64,000 bases of DNA from an uncultured Holophagales bacterium (GCA_963842525.1 CAWJGT010000003.1:960001-1024000), one strand, 5' to 3'. Positions 35,066 to 45,985 are shown, counted from the first letter of the stretch. Program-made: numbers and translations. The notes: generated by a model from the letters alone, not told the origin.

Positions 35066-36780
35066 CTACTCCCGCTGCAGGCTCACGATGGGGGCCGCGG
35101 GAGCGAAGATCGTTCCGTCGTCGTCGATCCGGGGTGCAGTCTCCCCGAAGTCCGCGCGGGATAGATCGCGCACCACCTGGATCGCCTCGCCGGAGGGATC
35201 GAGCTTGGGGCCGCCGGGCTTGACCTGCTTGGCGGGATGGATCTGGCCGCCGAGGAAGGCGCCATCGAACCCCAGCCGGGCCTCGAGGATCATCGAGAGC
35301 CCGGCCGGGCCGCTCAGGTTCATGGCTCCATAGGTGGCGAAGTTCCCGAGAGAGTATGCGATGAGGCGGCCCTTGTAGACCTCCATGCCCCGGAGCACGT
35401 GCGGCCCGTGCCCCACCACCAGATCCGCTCCGGCGTCGATCACCGCCCGCGAGAAGGCCCGGAGGTCGCCGCGCTTCTCGCTGTAGAACTCCTCGACGCC
35501 GTGAGGCACGTGCTGGCGCGAGGCCCCCTCGGCCCCGCCGTGGAACGACACGATCACGATATCGCTCTCGGCCGCCAGGGAGGAGACCGCCTGGCGAGCC
35601 GTCTCGATGTCGTTCAGGTTGTAGGAGTACGCCCCGGTCGAGAACGCCAGCACCGAGACCTCTTTTCCCTTGACGGTGAGCTGGCCGATATCGCCGACCT
35701 CCGCTCCGGAGTGAACGACGCCGAGGTCTCTGAGCACCTTCTTCGAGCTTCTCTCGGCCCCGGTCGCCGAAGTCCATGGCGTGGTTGTTGGCCAGGCTCA
35801 AAACGTCGAAGCCGGCGTCCTTGAGGTGCTTGCCGTAACGGGTCGGCACCCGGAACGCGTAGCACCGGTTCGAACTCCTGCGGGCATTTGGCGGTGGTGC
35901 CGCCCTCGAGCAGTGGCCCCTCGAGGTTGCCGAACGCCAGATCCGCGGCGGCCAGGAGAGGTGTCACCTCGGCCAGCATCCCCACCCCGTCGTCGGGGGG
36001 AAGCCGACCGCCCGTCGCGTCGGGGAAGGTCGAGCCCATCATGACATCACCCACTCCCACGAACACGATCTCGCCGTCGCGCGCGAGATCACGTGCGGTT
36101 CGAGGAGCGGCGGCGGGCAGCGGGGCGGCGGACGCCAGCACGTTGGACGGCGTGCCACCGTCGTCGAGCATATAGGCGAGAGGGTCGACCGGCTCGCCAT
36201 CGAGGCGCACCTCGTAGTGGAGGTGGGGACCGGTCGAGCGTCCGGTGTTGCCGACCCGGCCGATCACCTCGCCGCGCTTGACCTGCTGGCCCGGCAGGAC
36301 GTCGATGCGCGAAAGGTGGCCGTAGCGGGTCGTCATGCCATACCCATGCGAGATGTAGACGGCGTTGCCAAGGCGGCCCGCCACGCCGGCTTGCACGACG
36401 ATCCCGTCGGCGGTGGCCTGGACCGCCTGGCCCAGGGCGGCGGCGATGTCGATCCCCTGGTGCAGGCCGCGCCCGCGCGTCAAGGGGCCCCTGCGGTAGC
36501 CGAAGCCGCTGGTGAGGATTCCCTTGACGGGAGCGATCGCCGGAATGGTCGAGAGCCATTGCCGCCTGTCGGCGAGCTTCGCCTCCAGCGCGTCGAGAGA
36601 GCCGCCGAGCGCTTCGACGGCCTCGCCGCCGCCGCCCGCCTCGGCCTTCTCGGCGGCGGTGGCGGGGGTGTTGAAGTACGAGAAGAGGAGTAAAACGGCC
36701 GCGAGGATCAGGGTAACCCGCAGCTTGGCGTGCTCGGGAGGGTCGAAGAGGATCATGCGGTGCCGTTTTGACCTGCTCAT
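35066..36780 (-). CDS. M23 peptidase fused to CapA (PGA_cap) metallophosphoesterase domain (frameshifts at about 35875 and 35750)
   Basis: M23 motifs (HQGID, HLHYEV) in frame with VGDVMMG and GNLEGP; later LANNHAMDFG, SFHGGAE, VVGHGPHV and YSLGNF in shifted frames. Confidence 0.8.
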
Positions 36781-36855
36781 GCCGACGACATTCGGAGCCG
36801 CTGACACCTGCCGACTCCAACCTGTAAGAGAGCAAAAACCGGTGATGCGGGGCGT

Positions 36856-36883
36856 ATTGTAACCCGCGGAAGCGGGGTGTCAA
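36856..36883 (-). promoter_or_regulatory. Sigma70-like promoter of the M23-CapA gene
   Basis: TTGACA-N16-TACAAT, same layout as 34962-34989. Confidence 0.65.
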
Positions 36884-37039
36884 GAGGGGCTGCCTGTGGA
36901 GACGAACCGGCGGGTTGCGAAGCCTGGCTCGAGCGTTGGGCCATGGGGAACCGCCCGACACCCCGGCAAGAGGGGGCAAGCGGCGAAGAATAGGGCTTTT
37001 CTCCGCCGCAGTGGCTTCCGCGACCGCGAAGCCAGCCTC

Positions 37040-37340
37040 GGCCGCGCAGGGGTACAGATCCTTGCCGGGACGGATGGAGTGGGTACCGGGACGTTGCTTC
37101 CCGGTTTCGGCCTCCAGCATGAGCTCGAATTGCTGGCGCAAGCGGGGCTGACTCCGCAAAGACCTTGGGAGCATCGAGGCAGGCAAGCTTGCGGATCTGG
37201 TGATTCTCAGCTCCGATCCGCTCATCGATAGTCGCAATACCTCAAAGATCGACGCGGTCATGATCGGGGGGCGCCTGCTGGACAGGAAGGCTCTCGACGA
37301 AATGCTTGCGCAAGCAGAAGCCGCGGCCAGGAAGAGCTGA
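37040..37340 (+). pseudogene. Amidohydrolase C-terminal remnant
   Basis: AGVQILAGTD...GFGLQHELELLAQAGLTP, then GSIEAGKLADLVIL..DPL in another frame; no N-terminus. Confidence 0.7.
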
Positions 37341-37347
37341 CTTGATG

Positions 37348-37938
37348 TCAATCGTCCTCAGATTCGGCGAGCGCTGCCCGTTCTTGTGCAAAGCGCTCCC
37401 GCAGTTGGAGGTCGGAGAGGCCTGGAACGTTGCTGTCCACGCTGCGCAGGACGGCCGCGAGGCTTCCCGAGAGGAGGTCGGCTCCCGCGAGGACATCACC
37501 GAGGATTTGCGGCTTGCAATGGCCTGCCGCCTGGCGGGCAATGTCGAGAGCCGCGGCGATGTCGCGTCCGGCCGCGAGCGGTGACTCCGTGGCGGCAGCG
37601 AGCGTCTTCTGCATCTGCTCGCTCCGGGCAGCCTTCTCCTCGGCGGTTCCCTTCGGCAGGGCCAGGGCCTGCATGAACTCCTTGTAGGCCGCGATGTCGT
37701 GGTCCGCATGAGCGCTGAGGCGCGCGAGGAGCTCGTTCCCTGAATGCAGCAGCGGGTCGAGGGCTGCGGCCAGCTCCGTATCAGCCCCTTTCCGTGTGAT
37801 CTCCAGTCCCATCAGGACAAGCCCGAGCCCGAGGGCGGCGCAGACGCATGCCGCCGAGGCGCCGCTCGGGGTCGGGCTCGGGAACGCCGTGCGGTCGCGG
37901 AAGTCGGTAAGGGTCCACGACCAGACCGAGTCATGCAT
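37348..37938 (-). CDS. Cyclodeaminase/cyclohydrolase (FTCD C-terminal) family protein
   Basis: PTPSGASAA...DIAAYKEFMQALALPKGT...ATESPL...DVLAG. Confidence 0.85.
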   Translation of the reverse strand: MHDSVWSWTLTDFRDRTAFPSPTPSGASAACVCAALGLGLVLMGLEITRKGADTELAAALDPLLHSGNELLARLSAHADHDIAAYKEFMQALALPKGTAEEKAARSEQMQKTLAAATESPLAAGRDIAAALDIARQAAGHCKPQILGDVLAGADLLSGSLAAVLRSVDSNVPGLSDLQLRERFAQERAALAESEDD

Positions 37939-38011
37939 GTCCTCAGTGTATGCCATCGGCCTTGCGTCCATCCTCGGCCTTCGGGTACCTTGGGCCATAG
38001 GAGGTGGCCTC

Positions 38012-38281
38012 ATGTGCCGGAACATCAAGACCCTCTACAACTTCGAGCCGACGGTGACGGAGGGAGAGGTGCGCGCGGCTTCGTTGCAGTTCGTGCGAAA
38101 AATCACTGGCTTCAACAAGCCGTCCAAGGCGAACGAGGCCGCGTTCTTTGCCGCTGTCGACGAGATTGCCAGGATCTCAGCCGATCTCCTCAGCAGCCTC
38201 GAAACGAGCGCACCGCCGAAGGACCGGGACGAGGAGGCCGCCAGGGCGAAGGAACGCTCCGCACGCCGCTTCGCGACGTGA
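38012..38281 (+). CDS. DUF2277 family protein
   Basis: MCRNIKTLYNFEP...AASLQFVRKITG; GGAGG RBS. Confidence 0.9.
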   Translation: MCRNIKTLYNFEPTVTEGEVRAASLQFVRKITGFNKPSKANEAAFFAAVDEIARISADLLSSLETSAPPKDRDEEAARAKERSARRFAT

Positions 38282-38371
38282 GGATCCGGCCCGAAACCTT
38301 CTGATCCTCACGCGCGTAGGGCCGCACTGAATGCGCGCTTTGAATGCGATACCGAAGAAAGTGAGGATTCC

Positions 38372-38872
38372 ATGAAGAAGCTCTTCGCACGCAACGTGCT
38401 GCTGCTCTTGTCCCTGCTCGCGGCGCCGGCGGCCCGGGTCGACGCCCAGCCCCCGCCAGATCCGGCAGTCCAGGCCGAGCTCTTTCGGACCATCTCGTCG
38501 CTGGACAGCGCATTCTTCGATGCCTACAACCGGTGCGACCTGGAGAAGATCGGCTCGCTCCTCACGGAAGATCTGGAGTTCTACCACGATCAGACCGGGC
38601 TGAGCCGGTCACGGCAGGCGTCGGTCGATGCCGTCAAGCAGAACATCTGCGGCAAGGTGCGCCGGGAGCTCGTTGCAGGGACTCTCGAGGTCTATCAGCT
38701 CAAGGGTTATGGCGCGGTCGAGATCGGCGAGCATCGCTTCTGTGACTCCAGGAAGTATGAGAAGTGTGGCGAGGACAGCGGCGTTGCGAGGTTCGTCATG
38801 CTCTGGCAGAACAAGGACGGTGTCTGGCAGATCTCGCGGGTGATCAGCTATGACCACGTGTCGCATCACTAG
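38372..38872 (+). CDS. Secreted NTF2-like (DUF4440) protein
   Basis: Signal peptide; LDSAFFDAYNRCD...DLEFYHD...WQISRVISYDH. Confidence 0.88.
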   Translation: MKKLFARNVLLLLSLLAAPAARVDAQPPPDPAVQAELFRTISSLDSAFFDAYNRCDLEKIGSLLTEDLEFYHDQTGLSRSRQASVDAVKQNICGKVRRELVAGTLEVYQLKGYGAVEIGEHRFCDSRKYEKCGEDSGVARFVMLWQNKDGVWQISRVISYDHVSHH

Positions 38873-38889
38873 CGGGGTGACAGCCGCCG

Positions 38890-39252
38890 GCCGGGGACCG
38901 CTGCCATTTCTTCGCGGCGGCGGCAATGGCCATGCGGCACATCCTGGTGGACCGCGCCCGGCGGCATGCGGCCCTGAAGCGGGGCGGTGCCGGCCAGCAG
39001 GTCGCTTTCGATTCGTCTCTGCTCCAGGTCGAGGCCAAGGCGGTCGAGATCCTGGCCCTGGACCAGGCGCTCCGCACGCTGGCCAAGGCCGACGAGCGGC
39101 TGGCCCGTCTGGTGGAGCTGCGGTTCTTCGGCGGCCTTACCCTGGAGGAGACCGCCGAGGAGCTGCAGCTCTCCGAGCGGACCGTGCAGCGGGACTGGCG
39201 CGCGGCGCGGTCCTTCCTCTACCGCACCCTCCAAGCGGCGCCGATGGGATGA
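38890..39252 (+). pseudogene. 5'-truncated ECF-type sigma factor (kinase-associated type)
   Basis: HFFAAAAMAMRHILVDRARR..ALKRGG...VELRFFGGLTLEETA..LSERTVQRDW; N-terminal region missing. Confidence 0.75.
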
Positions 39253-39319
39253 AGCGGGACGGCGAGCCGGCTCCCGAGCGTTGGCAGCGCATCCGCGCCC
39301 TTTTCGAGCGTGCCCTGCC

Positions 39320-39856
39320 ACATATTCGGACCCCACGCTCGTTCCCAATGCTCAGATCCAGGTCGTCGATCAGGGCGATTATGTCGCCACGATGGCCTTC
39401 AACCTGCTGCCGCCAGGCACGAGCGGGCAGGGAACCCCCCGAACCATCCTCGCTCTCCTGCCCCAGGGCGGCGTTCAGATGCCTCTTCTTCAGCAGCCGA
39501 GCGGGGGAACCGTCGACCTCGTGATCGATGGCAACGGGAACGTGAGCCCGCAGAATTCCTCAGCCCGCTTCAAGGAGGACATCCAGCCTCTGCAGGACGA
39601 CTTCCACAAGGTTTTGCTCCTCGAGCCCAGGGCATTCGCCTACAAGGACACGGGAGCCCGCGGGATCGGCTACACCGCCGAAGAAGTCGACGCGGCGGAT
39701 CTCCACAACCTCGTCGCCTACGATGACGAAGGCAAGCCTCTGGGCGTGCACTACAAAATGCTTTCCATCTACCTGCTCGAGCTGGTGAAAGAGCTGCGGA
39801 CCACGCTGACGGAGGTCCAGGCAGAGGTCGCGGCGCTCAAGAGCACGACCCACTGA
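39320..39856 (+). CDS. Peptidase S74 (intramolecular chaperone) domain protein, probably 5'-truncated
   Basis: SSARFKEDIQPL...GYTAEEV...LGVHYKML..LLELVKEL followed by a coiled coil. Confidence 0.75.
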   Translation, partial: TYSDPTLVPNAQIQVVDQGDYVATMAFNLLPPGTSGQGTPRTILALLPQGGVQMPLLQQPSGGTVDLVIDGNGNVSPQNSSARFKEDIQPLQDDFHKVLLLEPRAFAYKDTGARGIGYTAEEVDAADLHNLVAYDDEGKPLGVHYKMLSIYLLELVKELRTTLTEVQAEVAALKSTTH

Positions 39857-39971
39857 GAAAGGCTATCGAGACGCCCCGGGTTGGAAGCTCAGTAGTGGAC
39901 AACCCGGGGCGTCAGCCCTCGCGTCAGACCTTGACGGATCTTCGTCGACATCTACGCTACACTAATCGGCT

Positions 39972-40358
39972 ATGAGCATTTGCGTTGTTCGACTGGGAAG
40001 CGAGAGAGCAAAAGGCGAGGGGCTGCGCATCGGGACCGTGCGGCGGCCTCCACGGGGAGTGCCGAAGGAGCGTCATGCGGCCGAAAACTGGTATGACGTG
40101 TGGCTCCCGAACCTGGCACCGAGCGCCGAGTTGGTCAAGGAGGCTCAGGCGGTCACCACGCCCCGCGAGTGGGAAGCCTTCTCGCGGAAGTACCGGGCTG
40201 AAATGGCCAGGTCGGAGACTGCGAAGGTTCTGGACCTCCTCGCGGCGTTCTCGCACCAGGTGAATTTTTCGGTGGGGTGCTATTGCGAGGACGAAGCACA
40301 CTGCCATCGCTCGGTCCTACGGGAGATTCTGGTTGAGCGGGGAGCCGAGGTCGCCTGA
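39972..40358 (+). CDS. DUF488/YeaO-family protein
   Basis: GLRIGTVRRPPRGV...WLPNLAPS...CYCEDEAHCHRS. Confidence 0.85.
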   Translation: MSICVVRLGSERAKGEGLRIGTVRRPPRGVPKERHAAENWYDVWLPNLAPSAELVKEAQAVTTPREWEAFSRKYRAEMARSETAKVLDLLAAFSHQVNFSVGCYCEDEAHCHRSVLREILVERGAEVA

Positions 40359-40404
40359 AGCCACGCCAGGCCTGACGCCACGCCAGGCCGGCCATCGACA
40401 AACC

Positions 40405-40507
40405 CGCCCGGGCATGAATGCCCGGGCTAGGAATAGCGCCGGGTGAACCCGGCTTCAAAGCCCCATTCATGGGGCGCCGTTCCTAGCCCGGCGATTCATC
40501 GCCGGGC
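40405..40507. repeat. Composite REP-like palindrome
   Basis: GCCCGGGCATGAATGCCCGGGCTAGGAA...TTCCTAGCCCGGCGATTCATCGCCGGGC nested inverted repeats. Confidence 0.7.
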
Positions 40508-40617
40508 TTCTCCGGCCTTGACGCATCTCTCTCGCAGCGTACACTAGCGCCGTCTTGTTCCTCTGAAGTCGATCAGACCGGCGGCGCGCAGCACGCCGGG
40601 CCTCCAAAAGGGGTGGC

Positions 40618-43600
40618 ATGCGACGCAGTCGAGGTTTCCGACGGGCAGCTCTCGCCGCGCTCTTCGCTCTGGCAGCCGGCGGTGAGAGCGCGCAGGCGCC
40701 TCCGGCTGCAATCCCTCTTTCTCCCGGTACAGAGCTTGAGCGCGACTTTGCTGCCGGCTCATCCCAGGTCTTCGAGGCCGAGCTTGCCGCAGGCAGCATC
40801 TACCTGCTCGCGGTCGAGCAGCGGGGGATCCACCTGGTGGTCGACGTGCGCGGGCCGGACGGCGAGAGCCTCGTTGCGGTCGATTCTCCACTGGACCGCT
40901 GGGGGATCGAGGACGTTCTTCTCCGTCCTGCCTTCTCGGGCACCTATCGGGTCGAGGTGCGTGCCGAGAGGAGGGGAGTCGGGCCTGGCCGTTGTGTAAT
41001 CCGCCTGGACGAGATTCCCGCGGCCGATCGCGAGCGAGTCTCAGGCCTGGCCGCGATGACGCAGGCGGGCACGATCCTGCGCCGCGAGCCCACGGGCAGC
41101 CTCGACAAGATCCTGGCGGCCTACCAGGAGGCGCGCGGCCATTTCCAGGCTGCCGGTGACCGGCCGGGTGAGGCTGAGGTGATCGCGGCCCTCGCCGAGG
41201 TCCATCATCGTCTGGGGAAGCAGCGGCAGGCGGTCGAGCTCTATCGCGAGGCGGTGTCGCGCTGGCAGGAGCTGGACCGGCCCGAACGCGAGGTGCAGGC
41301 CTGGACCGACCTCGGGCTCACCCTCTGGGAGATGAGCGAGCTTCCTGCTGCCGACGAGGCTCTCGCGCACGGCCTCGATCTTGCGCGCCGTCTCGGTCTG
41401 GCTTACCACGAGGCCGATTTGCGCAACAACCAGTGCCTGGTCCTGCACGCTCGCAGCGGCATCCAGCCGGCGCTCGCCTGCTATCGGGAGACCCTGGCGC
41501 TCTATCGGCAGCTCGGCGAGACGAGGGACGAGGCCACGGCTCTCAACAACCTCGGCTTCGCCTGGTTCAACCTGGGCGAGCCGCAGCCGGCCGAGGAGAG
41601 CTACCGGCAGGCGCTGGAGATTCGCCGGAAGACCGGCGACCGGGCCGGCGCGGCCCAGGCGCTCAACAACCTTGCCGTCCTCTACCGCAGCCTGGGTGAG
41701 ATCGACAAAGCGCTCAAGGCCTACGGCGAGGCCCGGGAGATCCTCGCGACCCTGGACGACCGCCGGCAGGAGGCCGCCACTCTGAGCAACCTGGGGGTCG
41801 CCTACATGGCCATCGGCGAGATGGACAGAGCCCGGCTCTATCTGACCCAGGCCCTGGCGCTCCGGCGGGCCGTCGAGGATCGGCGCGGCGAGATCGCGAC
41901 TCTCAACAACCTCGGCCGACTGGAGAGCCGCAGCGGCGCGCCTGACAAGGCGATTCCTTTCTATCAGCAGGCCCTCGAGGTGGCCCGCGCCACGTCCGAT
42001 GCGCGGAACGAGGGGACCAGCCGCAGCTATCTCGGCCAGGCCCTGGCAAAGGCCGGCCGTTCCGCCGAGGCGCTCGCCGAGCTCGACAAGGCGCTCGCCC
42101 TGCAGCGCCAGACCGGCGACCGGCCCGGCGAGGCCACCACCCTGGGGCACAAGGGAGAGGTCCTGGCCGACACCGGTCAGGCTGCTGAGGCCTTGCCGTT
42201 TTTCGGACAAGCCATTCTCGGTTTGCGCGCCGCCGGCGACCGCGCCAATGAGGCCGTGGCCCTCGCCAAGCGGGCCGCCGCACTGCGGGACCTTGGGGAG
42301 CTCGACAAGGCGGCGAGCGATGCCGAAGTCGCCATCGCAGCTCACGAATCACTGCGCACGCGCCTGGGCAACCCCGAGCTCCGCGCCGTCTTTCGCGGCT
42401 CCCGCAGTGACGCCTATGAGCTCCGCGTCGATCTCCTGATGCGCCTGGCCGCTGCGCGGCCCGGCCAGGGTTTCGACCGGGCCGCCTTCGAGGCGAGCGA
42501 GCAGGCGCGCGCCCGTTCGCTCCTCGACGTCCTGCGCGAGAGCGGCGCCACGATCCGGAGCGGCGTCGATCCGGCTCTCGCGGCGCGGCAGCACGACCTC
42601 GAACGCCGCCTGGCCCTGAAGACGGACCGGCTCCAGATCCTCCTCGGCCGCGGCAAGGGGGGGCAGGAAGAGAGCAGGACCCTGGAGATCGAAAGCGAGC
42701 AGATCCGGGCCGAGCTGGACAACCTCGACGCCGAAATACGGCGGAAAAACCCGCGCTATGCCGACCTCACCCATCCCGGCGCTGCGAGCACGAGCGAGAT
42801 CCAGGCGCTCCTCGACTCCGGGACGCTCCTGCTCGAATACTCCCTCGGAACCGGGCGGAGCTTTCTCTGGGCGGTCGATGCGGCCGGTCTGCGCTCCTTC
42901 GTCCTGCCCGGGCGGGAGGAGATCGAGCGCGAGGCCCGCTCCTTCCACGAGGCCCTGAGCACGCCCGCTCCGGACGGCGATGATCAGCGGGAGCGCATCG
43001 GGCAGACGCTCAGCCGCGTGCTCCTCGGTCCGGTGGCGGGCGATCTCGGGGACCGTCGTCTGGCGATCGTGCCAGACGGAGCTTTGAGCTACATCCCCTT
43101 CGACGTCCTGCCCGAGCCCGGAGGGCGCCATTCGGTAGCCCAGGGTGTGAACCCTGGGCGAGGGCTCCTCCTCGAGCAGCACGAGGTGGTCGTGCTGCCG
43201 TCGGCGTCCGTCCTGGCGGCCGAGCGGCGGCAGCTCGCCCGGAGGCCGCCGGCCCGCGATCTCGCCATCGTGCTCGCCGACCCGGTCTTCCAGCCGGACG
43301 ATCCTCGCGTTGCAAAGAACGGAAATCCGACCGCGGTCGAGCGGCGCAACGCAGGCTTGGACGGCCTCCTCCTGCCGCGTCTCCGCTTCTCCCGACAGGA
43401 AGCCTTGACGATCGCCGCCCTGGCCGGACCGGGTGCGGTCACCACCAGGCTCGACTTCGCAGCCAACCGCGATCTCGTCCTCTCCGGAGGCCTGCGCGAC
43501 TTTCGGTATATCCACTTTGCCACCCATGGCATCTTCGACGCGGAGCGGCCGGAGCTCTCGGGCCTCGCCCTCTCCCAGGTCGATCCGGCCGGGAAACCCC

Positions 43601-43950
43601 AGGAAGGATTCCTCCGCCTGCGCGACATCTACGACCTCGACCTTGCGGCCGACCTCGTGGTGCTCTCCGGCTGCGAGACGGCCCTGGGCAAGGAGATCCG
43701 TGGCGAAGGGCTCCTCGGCCTCACCCGCGGCTTTTTCTACGCGGGAGCGCCGCGGGTCGTCGCGAGCCTCTGGTGGATCGACGACCGGGCGACGGCGACA
43801 CTGATGGCAGAGCTCTATCGTGGTATGTGGGCCGAAGGCCTGCGGCCCGCCGCGGCGCTCCGCCAGGCCCGTCTCTCCCTCGCACGCCAGCACCGCTTCC
43901 GCGATCCCGCCTACTGGGGAGCCTTCGTTCTCCAGGGGGACTGGCAGTGA
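40618..43950 (+). CDS. Secreted TPR-repeat CHAT (caspase-like) domain protein
   Basis: Signal peptide, multiple ALNNLG TPRs, CHAT motifs IHFATHG and LVVLSGCET, HP/DP.YWGAF ending. Confidence 0.93.
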   Translation: MRRSRGFRRAALAALFALAAGGESAQAPPAAIPLSPGTELERDFAAGSSQVFEAELAAGSIYLLAVEQRGIHLVVDVRGPDGESLVAVDSPLDRWGIEDVLLRPAFSGTYRVEVRAERRGVGPGRCVIRLDEIPAADRERVSGLAAMTQAGTILRREPTGSLDKILAAYQEARGHFQAAGDRPGEAEVIAALAEVHHRLGKQRQAVELYREAVSRWQELDRPEREVQAWTDLGLTLWEMSELPAADEALAHGLDLARRLGLAYHEADLRNNQCLVLHARSGIQPALACYRETLALYRQLGETRDEATALNNLGFAWFNLGEPQPAEESYRQALEIRRKTGDRAGAAQALNNLAVLYRSLGEIDKALKAYGEAREILATLDDRRQEAATLSNLGVAYMAIGEMDRARLYLTQALALRRAVEDRRGEIATLNNLGRLESRSGAPDKAIPFYQQALEVARATSDARNEGTSRSYLGQALAKAGRSAEALAELDKALALQRQTGDRPGEATTLGHKGEVLADTGQAAEALPFFGQAILGLRAAGDRANEAVALAKRAAALRDLGELDKAASDAEVAIAAHESLRTRLGNPELRAVFRGSRSDAYELRVDLLMRLAAARPGQGFDRAAFEASEQARARSLLDVLRESGATIRSGVDPALAARQHDLERRLALKTDRLQILLGRGKGGQEESRTLEIESEQIRAELDNLDAEIRRKNPRYADLTHPGAASTSEIQALLDSGTLLLEYSLGTGRSFLWAVDAAGLRSFVLPGREEIEREARSFHEALSTPAPDGDDQRERIGQTLSRVLLGPVAGDLGDRRLAIVPDGALSYIPFDVLPEPGGRHSVAQGVNPGRGLLLEQHEVVVLPSASVLAAERRQLARRPPARDLAIVLADPVFQPDDPRVAKNGNPTAVERRNAGLDGLLLPRLRFSRQEALTIAALAGPGAVTTRLDFAANRDLVLSGGLRDFRYIHFATHGIFDAERPELSGLALSQVDPAGKPQEGFLRLRDIYDLDLAADLVVLSGCETALGKEIRGEGLLGLTRGFFYAGAPRVVASLWWIDDRATATLMAELYRGMWAEGLRPAAALRQARLSLARQHRFRDPAYWGAFVLQGDWQ

Positions 43951-43982
43951 GCAGAGTCACTCATAACAAGGAGAAACAGATC

Positions 43983-44291
43983 ATGCCACTCGTCGACTAT
44001 GCAGGCAGGATATGGAAAGTCATCCATGTCGAAGGGGACCCGCCGTGCCAGGTGGGAGATGATGTCACATTTCCCGTAAAGCTTGGTGAGTCCAACGACG
44101 TGACAGTCAGTTGTAGCAGAGAGGGCGCTACGACTACTTTCAACGGGCGGTATGATACAGGGTCCGATACCATCAAGGTGGACGGCTACGAGATCCGCAT
44201 GGTGCTGTGCATTAAGCTCATGACGACGGAGGGTCTGATCGCGGGGTCCTGGACTGCCGAAGATCAAGGGCCTTGGCCTGGCGACGGCTAG
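43983..44291 (+). CDS. Hypothetical protein (lower GC)
   Basis: AAGGAG RBS then a 102-aa ORF directly after the CHAT gene. Confidence 0.6.
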   Translation: MPLVDYAGRIWKVIHVEGDPPCQVGDDVTFPVKLGESNDVTVSCSREGATTTFNGRYDTGSDTIKVDGYEIRMVLCIKLMTTEGLIAGSWTAEDQGPWPGDG

Positions 44292-44607
44292 GCTAGAGCC
44301 CCTCCGCCCCTCCTCTCTCCCTCCCTGTTGGGGCGGCCCGGCGACTGACAGCCGGCCGCCCAAAAATTTCTTGGAACAAACTGCGCCGGCGCCTCACTCC
44401 TGAGACGAAGCGGCTCGCGAGGCGCGCCGGAACGGCGGTCAGAAACGCCACAGGGCTCTCGATGGGCCGCAACGACCAACCTGTGTCGCGCGGGCCAGAC
44501 TGTCCAGGTCCAGCAGCTCGACCCTGCGAGCGGCCAGGTCAGCCAGACCACTATGGCTGCTTAGGGCGTGGAGAACGCAATTAACAGAAAACCCGAGGAG
44601 GAGCGAA

Positions 44608-45677
44608 ATGAGCGCGATGGGCTTTGGACAGAATGTGACAGGCGGTGGCAAGAATCCCGTCCGGATCGAGGTCACCAAGGGGAAGAACAGCGGCTCGGGT
44701 ACCTTGGCGGAAGCCATCGACAAGGCCAATGGAGCCAAAGGGCGCGAGACGGAGATCGTGATCACAACGGACATCGATCCGAACAAGACCGACCTGGTCG
44801 TTAGCGCCAAGAAACTCACCATCCGGACTGAAGGCGGCGCCGTCATCAACGGGAACCATCTGGTCTTCGACTGTACAAAGGCTGATAACATCTGGTTGAC
44901 CGACCTGCGATTCGACTCCGACGGGGAGAGCAAGCCGCGAGATACCATCTCGATCGACGCCACCAAGGGACGCGGGAAGACAGGATTCTGGATTGATCAC
45001 TGCTCCTTCGAGGCGTATTTCGACCTGAACATTACCTCGAACACCCGAGACAAGAAAGGCGAGCCGCCCCTCCTGATCACCGTCTCGCACTGCTACTTCC
45101 ATGACCGGAACCCGACCGGCGAAGACCACAGGAACCACGGCGCACTGGGGATCCATGGGGCTGGTGAAAAAGAGGGGGGCCCGGATCAAAAAACCAATGC
45201 CTATGCGACGGTGTACCGCAACTACTTCGAAAACGTCCGGCGGCGCTCGCCACGTAGCTCGCAAAGGACCTTCGTTCATGCGTTCAACAACGTCCTCGTG
45301 AATTGGGGGAACGGCGATCCCAACCCCGCCCCCAAGGACCAGGTCAACGGAATGCTTTCCGGCAACTTCGGAATCCTCGCCGCGGAGGCGAACTATTTCT
45401 ACGCCGGCGTATTCAAGTCGGCGATCAGCGTCGCGAAGGGCAAAGCGCCAGGCGAGCTCTTCGTGGGTGTGGACCAGCTCGTGAACCTGTATCTCAATGG
45501 CGCGCTCGACCCGTTCAAGGATCCGAACAATGAGCTGCCTAAGGGCCCGCCCCCGGATCCGACAAAGAGCTCAAGAAGAGGTATGACGAGGCACTGGGAG
45601 CGAAGGTCCCCCAGCGTGACCCAATCAACGAAGCGTTGAGCGACACCATCAAGAAAGAGGCCGGGGCGCGGTCATAG
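44608..45677 (+). CDS. Pectate lyase (PL1-like beta-helix), probable frameshift near the 3' end
   Basis: GFGQNVTGG, WIDHCSF, ITVSHCYF, RRSPR, VHAFNN; alternative-frame ending IKKEAGARS* at 45677. Confidence 0.8.
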
Positions 45678-45985
45678 GGCCGTCAGTGGGGGAGCGCATC
45701 GCGGCGGGCTGCCGGTCTCTCCGGCCGCCCGCCCAGCATTGACGGGCTGTACGTTCTGGAGCACTTGCGGATGCCGCTTGCGATTCTTGGTGATCTGGCG
45801 ATAGGCCCGTACCTGCGGATCCGCAAGGTGTCCACGGATGGCAACGTAACTGAACTGGCCCGGATCTGGGGGAGGCGCAGTTTCGCCGCAGGGGGGGTGA
45901 TGGCCGCGATTGTTGGCGTAATTGTTGTGGCGACGTGGTTTCGCAGCCGGAGGAGGTCGCCCAACACGCCGCTGCAGCCGACGAG

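Noticed and set aside
39320-39856. Prophage
   Set aside because: Lone S74 domain; no structural, packaging or integrase genes nearby.
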